This document shows, piece by piece, positions 53,953-64,000 of a DNA stretch of 64,000 nt. Each line of letters starts with the position of its first letter. Within the stretch, counting starts at the first letter, position 1. The notes below the pieces were generated by a model, which ran no database searches, was not told the origin of the DNA, and saw nothing but the letters and a program-made list of their open reading frames with translations. The position numbers and the translations under genes were made by a program. The stretch lies in contig OX597814.1 in NCBI GenBank assembly GCA_951406725.2, forward strand, positions 221,464,001-221,528,000. Reading direction: 5' to 3'. This DNA is from Octopus vulgaris. Lineage: Eukaryota.

Positions 53953-54837
53953 TAACAAAATTTTCAACATGAATTTTAAAGGCAGATAACTGTTCACTCT
54001 TCTTACGAAACGTAACAATGCATCTTTTCTAAACCGACAGGAACGCATTTAATATCTGAAATGACATTATTACCCACTGCCTCAAAACCAATTCCTATCT
54101 TGGAATGATGACTGCTCATACTTCACCACTCATATGTTACTCAACTTCGAAGAAAAACTTTTTATTTGATTAATAGACCCAAGTGCAATTGACATATATC
54201 TACTAAGGCTTACTAGATGGAACTACAGCTAAATTGAAGGTTCTTCGTGGGTTTTATATTCTAACATTTTATTGCGAGCATCCTTTGTATTTCCATTTGT
54301 GCTTCGACACACTTTTACAAAAACTTCTTGCTCCTGTGTGTTTTATAAATAAATATTTATTCATACATAATCTTTCCTGCTTCCCTGTCATTTGTTTTAT
54401 TCCATCTTTCTATCCCTTACTATTCATAGTATTTTTCTCCATCCACTTTCACTTTCAAAACTCTCTACTCCTCCTTTCCCTCTACTTACGTAGTCTATTA
54501 GCATTAAACATTATACTACACCTTTTTAGAATAAACACTATATTCAAAACCGCTTCCTTATACATATATGCTATCAATTTTGCGTTTCCCATTCTCCGCT
54601 CTATTTCTACTCCCGCGCTTCTCTTTGTTTTAAGTGTTTTATAGTCTAAATGTTTTATACTATTTTCCTGTTTACTTTTACTGTCTCTCCTAGATAAATA
54701 TTTTTCCTCTTGGCATTAAAACTTAGTATTTCATCTACGATACACTAAGGTACAATTAAATGAATCACATCTTATCGTCACTTTCATTCTTCCTTTATTC
54801 GTTTCGTTTCTTTCTTTCTGTCATAATTTCTCTTCGC

Positions 54838-54953
<116 letters not shown>

Positions 54954-55339
54954 TGTTCACTTCTTTATTTCTTTTTATCTCACTCGTTATTCCCCCCCCC
55001 ACCGTTTTACGTACCCTGTTTTCCTCATGCTATCTTTCTCTTCGTATGTGTCTAACCATTTCCTCTTTCTTCTCTTTATCTTTCTTTCGCTTTCCGAGAT
55101 TTCTCCTGCTTCCCTACCATTTCCGTTTGCTTAATAATACCTTGCTCAACCGTCATATCTATATATTTAAATGTTAGACCATTAATATTTATAAGACTCA
55201 CTTTGACCAGCATTTTATAACTGTATCAAACAGGAATTTTTAAAATAATGCAGCAGTGACGTTTTGAATAAATGGAACAAACGATACTCGCAGTGAACAG
55301 AGGTATAAATTCTGCTTCTAGCTAAATTAATAATAATTC

Positions 55340-55535
55340 CTGGCGTAAGCACGAGGCCAGATTTTTGAGACAGCGGAGTAGTTGATAATATCAATTCCAG
55401 TATTAGACGCTACTTTATTTTATTAACTTCAAAAGGGTGAAAGGCAATATTAACCTTAGGAGGATTTGAACGCAAGATGTAGTGAGCTGGAACAAATATC
55501 GCAAAGCAGTCTAACCGACACGCTGACCGATAATT
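55340..55535 (-). mobile_element. SINE family B, highly diverged
   Basis: TACTTTATTTTATT..AAAGGGTGAAAGGCAA..GGATTTGAACGCAAGA. Confidence 0.55.
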
Positions 55536-55559
55536 CTATATTACATCTCTCTCACTCTG

Positions 55560-55638
<79 letters not shown>

Positions 55639-55865
55639 GTCTGTCTGTCTGTCTTTCTGTCAGTCTATTTATCTATTTATCTATCTATCATTCTATCTAT
55701 ACTGTACTATCATGTTACTGATCTGGATATATATCCATTCGTTAAAGATAGATCGATATGACCGAATAAAATTCTCGAATTGTCTGACACAGTATAGTCA
55801 CAGACAAAAGACTGACACCAGTAGAAAACCAGTAGTACATATACACACACACGCACATATATGTT

Positions 55866-55918
<53 letters not shown>

Positions 55919-57131
55919 ATATATATATGCAATTATGTATGCATATACAGAAGCATACGCCTGTGTATATGTATGTATGTATATATATATAATTAAATGA
56001 TATACGTTAGGTATGTTTCGTATGCTTACAGCATCAAGTTATAGAAATATTGATAAAGTTTACAGCTTATATAGTTTCACATCAAAACGATCAAATTTCT
56101 TTAAAAAGAAACACGAAGATAAACGAAATGAATCACAATAATAAATAAATATATAAATAAATAATAACTTAAAAGAAACAAAACACAAAACAAAATAGGA
56201 AATTGTAAAAACATGAATGAAAGTAATAGAAACGGTTCCTTGAAATGGTAAAAATAAAATGAAATTAAACATAGAAAGGAACAATGTAAATAGAATAATA
56301 AAGATTATATTTTATGGGAAAGATATTTTATTACTTGTGTAATATAAACTAAGTTCAGTTTTAAAAAAGAGACAAGGCATACATGATAACCGAGTGGAAT
56401 TCTCTTTTTCGGGAGATACAATATTGTCTCGAATTCCTCAAACAAAGCAATAACGCAATCTTCTTTGTATCGATACCTATTTGTCTGCTATTATGTTATG
56501 TCTCCCTGTCTGTGTGTCTCACTTTCTCTCCCACGTTCTCTGTACACACACACACTACAAACACACGTGCATATATATACACATACATACATATGTATGT
56601 ATGTAGAGGCATATGTTTAAGTTATGTGTATTGTTGTTCATAGAATACTTTATGGATGAGGGATGGTGTATGCAGGAAGTTATTGATACATATTGATCTG
56701 TACGTATGCATATATAAATGGTAGTTATACACGGTATATGTGCAAACCGTCGCAGATATAAATATGCATCTACATATATTTATCTATATTACGTACACAT
56801 TTACACAAATCTGCTAGGATATATGTATGTCTATATGTATGTATCTGTCTATTCACACACATACATATGTATGTGCATATATGCGTATATATATATATAT
56901 ATGTACACGAATAAGTATGTGTGTGTATGGTATATATATATATTATATGTATAATATATACATACATGTTTATATAGATGTATATCTATATTTTATATAT
57001 GTACACATACACGCAAAAAGTGCACAAAGGAACATTCATAGAACCACACAAGCATGTATTTATGTATGCATCAAAATATGTATATATATATACACACGCA
57101 AATATTGATTAACTGAATTGATATATATGCG

Positions 57132-57167
<36 letters not shown>

Positions 57168-57808
57168 CAGTGTGCGCTGGTGTTTGTATACACGCATATC
57201 CTCTGAATTAAAGACATTAAAATTTTAACGTAATAATAAATATATATTTTGTCGAACTATACATATTTATGAAATGTTGAGATTTATAAATTATGGTCCT
57301 CGAAATATTTAAAATCCGATCTACTATCCCCCATTACAACCCACACAAGCACGCACCCACGCGCATTCACCCCCCCCCCACATACATAGTATAATATGCA
57401 TATTAGACGTCAGAGTTATCTGTGTCCATTGCCATAGTGAAAGACGGACATATTAAAACAGTAAAATCTGAGGAAACTAGAGATGTACTTTGAAGACAGT
57501 AAGTATTGCAAATACTTGGAACTGTGTTACAAATACCAAACCTTCAAGAAGTGAAGTCTAGCGAACCTTACCTGTGCTAGAGCAGGAATGTTCTCAAGAT
57601 TTGTGTCAGCAACTAATTATGAGAGTCAGTCGAAGCAAGTGATGGTAAAAAAGAAAAGGAACGAAGATATCAAGCACTGGTGGAGGCATGGAGTAACCGT
57701 TGAAGCTTAGAAAACGTAAAAGGATCACCATGTGATTTGAATATTTTGGAGGATAGTGAGAGAGATGCACAACTGAGAAACTTAGTACAGACACAGTCTA
57801 CACGTTCA

Positions 57809-58679
57809 TAAGTTGTCTGATCAATAAGTATCCGTACAGTTGCTATATAGTAAGGAAGCTAAAACACGGAGCATGAATCCGCTTAGCACAGATTGACATT
57901 AAATGCTGCTACGCATGCGCACTAAGATTCACCGTTCTAGCTCCCTGCCACTGTTTACAGCAGTGCTTCGAAGGAAGGTGTGTAGCGTGTGATCGTCGCA
58001 TTGACCATGCCAGAGAAAGTTGAACAGAGAATCTACATCAAATTTTACCAAAAGCTTCGTTTTACCAGATTTTACCAAAATAGGCCAAAGCTAATTTTTC
58101 AAAAAGATCTTGTGCAACTGAAATTCGAGTGTCTTTTTGGTCAGCTGAAATCAGTTTGGGCTCAAACTTGGCAGACACGCGACTCATACCCCAAATCTTC
58201 TGTGATAATGAACTGAACTGGACCGTAACTAATCTGCACATCCTCTGAGAACTCACCGATGGTGATTCGACGATTTCCCCTCACAGCTGCATGCACATCG
58301 GCGATGTTTCTCTCACTTCTAATGGTTGCAGGTCTCCCAGAACGTTCGTCAATATCGGCTTTTTTTTCGGCCATATTGGAAACGTCTGAACCGCACATAC
58401 ACTTATGTGCAGCTCATATACTCCTCTTCATATACTTTCTGCAATCAGAGTAGGCCTCTGAGCAAATATAGCCATCACAGCTTTCTCTGTTATGGTCAAT
58501 GCGACGATCACACGCTACATACCTTCCTTCGAAACACTGCTGTAAACAACGGAAGTGAGCTAGAATGTTAAAACTTAGCACCCATACACGAGGTCTATCT
58601 GTGCAGAATGGATTTACTTTGCGTGGTTTAGCCTCGTTACTATGACAACAGCTCAGATACTTAATGATCAGACCTCGTA
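57809..58679. mobile_element. Mariner-derived element built from two inverted 5' ends
   Basis: GTCTGATCAATAAGTATC / GATACTTAATGATCAGACCTCGTA termini; 57925-58020 inverted to 58480-58565; minus strand encodes DDERSGRP..NRRITI..ITEDLGMSRVSAKFEPKL. Confidence 0.8.
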
Positions 58680-58847
58680 TACGTACATTGATACATTCAT
58701 AAATATATATACATATATATTTGAGTAGTTGAATGAATTATCTTGTTATGGATAATTCGGTTAACCGATATCTGGGTAGCAAATTCACACCAGAGAAGAC
58801 ACGTTTGAAGTTACGTGCTTTCGTGTGGAAATTTGTATGTTTTTTTT

Positions 58848-59054
58848 TATATAAATATATGAAAGAATGGAGTTGAACGACGAATTAACAAAATTCCTTT
58901 ATTTTCGACATATGTTTTGAAGGCTGCATATTCCTAATTGCGAAGGAATAATATTCCTTCGCAATTAGGAATATGCAGCCTTCGAAACATATGTCGAAAA
59001 TAAAGGAATTTTGTTAATTCGTCGTTCAACTCCATTCTTTCATATATTTATATA
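58848..59054. repeat. Near-perfect palindrome: 103-bp arms, 1-nt centre, one mismatch
   Basis: Centre GAAGGAATA-A-TATTCCTTC at 58951; arms pair out to TATATAAATATATG / CATATATTTATATA. Confidence 0.95.
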
Positions 59055-59377
59055 TTTTTAAAAATATATACATATATATGTACATTAGTACATTCGTATA
59101 TACATTCTGTATAATCGAACCGAGTTTATTGAACGAAGTATCTTTTGAAAATTAACTTGCTGAGACACATCTGCACCAGAGGATGCACCACAAAGAGTTG
59201 AGCTGTAATTCACCAGCGAAGGATCGACAGAAGATGGGTTGGAACGATCCTTATGATTAATAAAGTGTCGTATGAATTTCAATTTCTATATCTCGAATAT
59301 GTTATATACACACATACATATGCACACACACACACACACACATACATGTGTTTGTGCGTGTGAGTATAAATACATAT

Positions 59378-59444
<67 letters not shown>

Positions 59445-59805
59445 AACGTTTGTGCGTGTATGTTTGTATGTATATACACGTTTATATATGTGTGTACAAA
59501 TGTATATTCATGTGTGTGTTTGCGTGTGTGTGTATGCGTGTGTGTCAATGTCTGTGTGCATGTTTGTGCCTGTGCACAAATTCTATAACTGCTACAAGAA
59601 TCTCAATCTTCAAGGGGAATCTCAGAAATGCCATTCTCTACAAGCTTTGCGACAAAGAATTTTTATTTTAAATCCCGAGTGGGTCTTTATTGCAACAGGC
59701 GTTCTACCCATTCTTCTCCCTGGGTCGTGTGATACGCATGAAGATTCTCGGTAGGGGATGCATCTGTGTGTGTGTGTGTGTGTGTGTGCCTGTCTCTCTT
59801 TCTCT

Positions 59806-60223
59806 CTCTTTTACTCTTTTACTCTTTTACTTGTTTCAGTCATTTGACTGCGGCCATGCTGGAGCACCGCCTTTAATCGAGCAAATCGACCTCGAGACTT
59901 ATCCTTTTGTTAGCCCAGTACTTATTCTATCGGTCTCTTTTTTGCCGAACGGCTAAGTAACGGGGACGTAAACACACCAGCATCGGTTGTCAAGCAATGC
60001 TAGGGGGACAAACACAGACACACAAGCATACACGCACACACACATATATATACATATATACGACGGGCTTCTTCCAGTTTCCGTCTACCAAATCCACTCA
60101 CAAGGCATTGGTCGGCCCGGGGCTATAGCAGAGGACACTTGCCGAAGGTGCCACGCAGTGGGACTGAACCCGGAACCATGAGGTTGGTTAGCAAGCTACT
60201 TACCACACAGCCACTCCTGCGCC
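59806..60223 (-). mobile_element. SINE family A
   Basis: Full-length homologue of 8353-8761. Confidence 0.9.
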
Positions 60224-60756
60224 TATGTCTGTGTGCTTGCGTGTGTGAGTGTGAGTGTGAGTGTGTATGAGAGATAAAGAGAGAGCAGGGTGATAGAGAA
60301 ATTCCTAATATTTACAGTGAGTTGAATGGATCGGTACCTGGATCGATGAAAGCTGAGGACAGTTATGAGGAAAACATTTATGATAAATAATACAAAATGG
60401 CTCCGAACCGGTTGAATGGTGACAAACACGAACACAACAATGCATAATCTAGCCAATTCTTCGCTTGAAGGCTCATGGCTAGAGTTCAAATAAAATATCT
60501 ATGTCATCGCTGCCAATATCTTCGGCTACAGGACACTGAATCGCAAAATAATTTTTTAAATGTATGATATCTTAGGCATGTAGCATAAATTACACCAGTT
60601 GTACAATCCTAATTTACGAAGAAAAGCTAAAGACAGACAGAAGCATTGAGACGCCATAAATTAACATTGGAAATACAGCTGAAGAAAATGAAGAACGAGT
60701 AATGGTTGACGATATGCCAAGATATTGGATTTACGTTTGAGAAAACTGACACACTA

Positions 60757-60801
<45 letters not shown>

Positions 60802-61304
60802 ACGCACACACGCACACACACGCACACACATACACGTACGCACACACGCACTCATATATGTATTTTATTGTGACAGGGGAGTCATTCTCTCTTTTAGTGC
60901 CTTATTATGTAACAAACTCCCCTGTTAGATATCCGCTTATTTACATATTCTTTCTAAAATCTTCGTCGCATCTTGCAAACTTTTCAATAATCGTTGACTT
61001 TGTCCGTTATTAGAAATGCGTTCCTTTTGTTTGTTTGTGCACATGTGTGCGCGTCAGTGTGCAAGTGTATACACATATGTATGCATGTATGTATGTGTGT
61101 GTATGTGTAAGTGTACTTGTCTGTCTGTTATACCTATGTGCATGTCTATCTCTTTATATGTTTAATTACATATCCATTTATCTACCTACCTACACACACA
61201 CACAAATATATATATATATATATACACATATATATATATATATATATATATAGTAAAGAAAAAATAAGAAGGTTAACAGCAGGCTGTTTCACCTCATTAT
61301 ACAG

Positions 61305-61340
<36 letters not shown>

Positions 61341-61389
61341 TTATATACGTCTACATAACAGCCTACTAACAAATCTACCTGTGTATATA

Positions 61390-63180
61390 TAAACTGTGAG
61401 TATTGTGGTATGAGTACCTTTTACGTATATTTCCTACTTAGTACTGAGAATGTTTCATTTATGAGAACATGCTGATGTCAAGTTGACTCAGCGTGCCTCC
61501 ATATTGGCTTTTGGTATGTTGGTAGAGTATGGAAGACTTTTGTTGTCAGCATATTGGTCTCAAACGTGCATTTAGTCTCGCGTCTCACCTATGTATATCG
61601 TGTTCGTTTCTTTACAAGAGCCCTCTATGCCCCTTATGCTGTAGGCTACATTTCTAGTTCTACAGTTATTGCCAGAGTTATTAATGTACTGTATTCAGTT
61701 ATAATTGGTACTTTTAATATTCTCAAAAGTGTACGTCCTACACAATTGTGATCTGATGGAGATCCCTGGCTGTTCAACGATCTTAATGTTGAATTTGGCC
61801 TTCTTCACAGATTTCTTAAACGTTTGGGCTGGTTCTCCATTGGCTGTGGCCACTACAAACATCACTCCTTGGTATTTGTCGCTCTTGTATCACGTGTTCA
61901 CCCTGTTTGCTCTGGCACAAACTCTTTGTATCATGTTCCAGTGTTTACTTCTATATCAAGTGCAGTTACCACTGGTTTCATTACAAGCAATACTATCTAA
62001 TTTCTTTCTAGCAATCCCTTTATACCCGAACCCTATCTTTCTGATAATATTCAGCGAATTGCATGCTGTACACGATGTTCTGTATATGTTTCTTTGTTTC
62101 ATCGGGTTTGCATATTTGGGGACACACTGTTCATTATCCTAAGTCTGCTACCAGTATGTTGATTTTCATATTGTGTGACAAAGCTGAGTTCTTGTGAACA
62201 ACATATTTAGAGGCTATGGGTTTCATGTAATAGGAGTGGATGAGCTGCATTCTGTTGCTCACAGTCTCTAACCAAAATTCAGTATCAAGGACAAGGAATC
62301 TATTGTTAGGGTGCCTAATGCGGTAATCGATAATTACCCTGATACTTTGATGGATGGAGTTTGCTACTTGCTGGATGATCTCCATTATGCTCCTCTCGGT
62401 TTCTACATTACAGATACTAGAATTTGTACTAACTAGAATATTAATGCCATCTACATACCTACAGTGTACCAAAATAGTTGTGGATTGTTCCGACAAGGAT
62501 TGTCTAAGTTTTCTGTCACACCAGGTCATGAAGAGCCCGGTCACTTCTCCATCCGCACCGACACCAATGGCTGCATCTTGAACATGCATGTATAGTTTCT
62601 TGTTAAACTATACTATGTGGTTTTTCGAAATGGTTCTTATGCTAGCCCCTATTGCATGCTCAGTCATGCTTTTCACCTGACTGTTGCTCTTATGGTCCTG
62701 TGTTGGTATGGTCCAGCTACTCAAGTGCTCTGCGGTGTTTGCTTTCACTGCTGAGGTGATAGTGAGTGGTCTTCTCCTCTGTGACCTGGTGCGGCAGAAT
62801 CCACAAAGGTCATGGTTGTCTAGGTAGTTAGTCATAACTTAGTTTAAGGAGGAGGCCCAGTTCCCTCGTGTTGACTTCACGGAACTCTACTTCACTCTCA
62901 CAGATAATCTCAATGACTTTTTCCACAGCAAAATCTATGTCTATAGATGGGTAGAGTGAAACTAATCCATACTACCCACAGCATAATCTGTGAGGTCAAT
63001 GGAGTAGTTGCAATTATTGATTCTACTGAGAAGATCCTCCATGCTCACACAGACATGTGGGGACATTTTAATGAGTGGTCATAACACCTGTGAGATGTCG
63101 TTGGGTAATTTATAATTGCTGGAGATATTCCCATGTGTGCATTGAGGAGTTTTCCACTCCTTCATGTTTAATGTTAACAT
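61390..63180 (-). mobile_element. Penelope-like retroelement, degenerate (RT plus GIY-YIG)
   Basis: VGSMD..SLYPSIDIDFA (about 62950), AIGV..GLFM..CRYVDG..ANSIH..VLD..YMKPIASK (ORF 62134-62589) and CRTRNVAYSI..IYIGET (61580-61665). Confidence 0.85.
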
Positions 63181-63439
63181 GCATGTATGTATGTATGTAT
63201 GTATGTATGTATGTATGTATGTATGTATGTATGTATGTATGTATGTATGTATGTATGCATGCATGTAAGTAGCAGTTGAAAAATATATTTGGTCTTAGCT
63301 ATTCAATTACTACTCCTCTCTACCTAATTAATGGCTACACCTTAATCAGTGATACTGAGATGTGCAGCTTTCTACAGTTCTTTAGCATAATCCATTCTCA
63401 ACAGAAGAGAATGTTATATACACCTACCACAGCGCCATG

Positions 63440-63710
63440 TTTTTAGAGAATGGATGATAATCGTAACAGATAGGAAGTCTATATTTCCATTAAGCAAATC
63501 AACAAACAAGGCAAAACAGGAGCGGATGGTCTACCAGCTGAGGTCTATAGGTAGGATGGGGATATTTTAATTGATTTTAATTGATTATGAACGAACACTA
63601 ATTGTAAACGGATGAAATTGCTCACCGTTTCCATAGGAATCTAAACATGCAATACGGTTTTTACTGTACAAGAGTAAAGGTACAGAATCAAGCCGCGGTA
63701 GCTTTCGTGC
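63440..63710 (+). mobile_element. RTE LINE internal fragment
   Basis: IKQI..KTGADGLPAEVY and LYKSKG motifs. Confidence 0.55.
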
Positions 63711-64000
63711 TTCATTTTCCCCTGGTATTCTTTCTGCTTTATTGCTTTCCTGATTTTAATTTTACTGCATTGGTGAATTGCTTCCGGTTCTGTTAGCCTT
63801 AATTTCTTCATATCCTGTTTTATTATGAAATGTGAAGAAGGGCTAGAATGTCATTATAGAGCCAGGTTTTGTTCGCAGTTTTAAGGTTGAGGTATAAAGT
63901 GCATTCTGTTAGCATGAATGGGATATATCCTTCTAGAAAGTTAAGGTTGCTTTATAATAACTTTTGTAACTGTATAATTTTAACATTTGTCCACATCGCA

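Noticed and set aside
59085-59282. Non-repetitive 65-aa ORF as a host exon
   Set aside because: No recognisable domain, no clear splice signals and no partner exons

Overview
AT-rich, microsatellite-saturated eukaryotic non-coding DNA. No host protein-coding exon could be supported. The SINE families are ones I recognise from octopus (coleoid cephalopod) genomes; this assignment is recall-based inference. The window is a mosaic of transposon remnants: Tx1/L1-like, CR1-group, RTE and R4/Dong-like LINE fragments, Penelope-like elements (RT and GIY-YIG pieces), mariner fragments, non-autonomous Helitrons and three tRNA-derived SINE families. Nearly all listed ORFs are microsatellite artefacts. 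The most striking signal is a set of short, mutually unrelated non-coding elements carrying minimal type I hammerhead ribozymes (HHRs), mostly embedded in (TA)n tracts and repeatedly arranged as head-to-head fold-backs. The best case is a near-pristine 361-bp-monomer array at 9.1-10.1 kb with three intact U3:A8-variant hammerheads (retrozyme-like). Others include a G3:C8-variant family and a tRNA-headed hammerhead element. Also noted: a 35-bp-periodic octamer-motif array, a 93-bp inverted duplication 3.3 kb apart, a SINE with a Tx1-like tail and an RTE C-terminus with three C2H2 fingers. All folds and alignments were done by eye.
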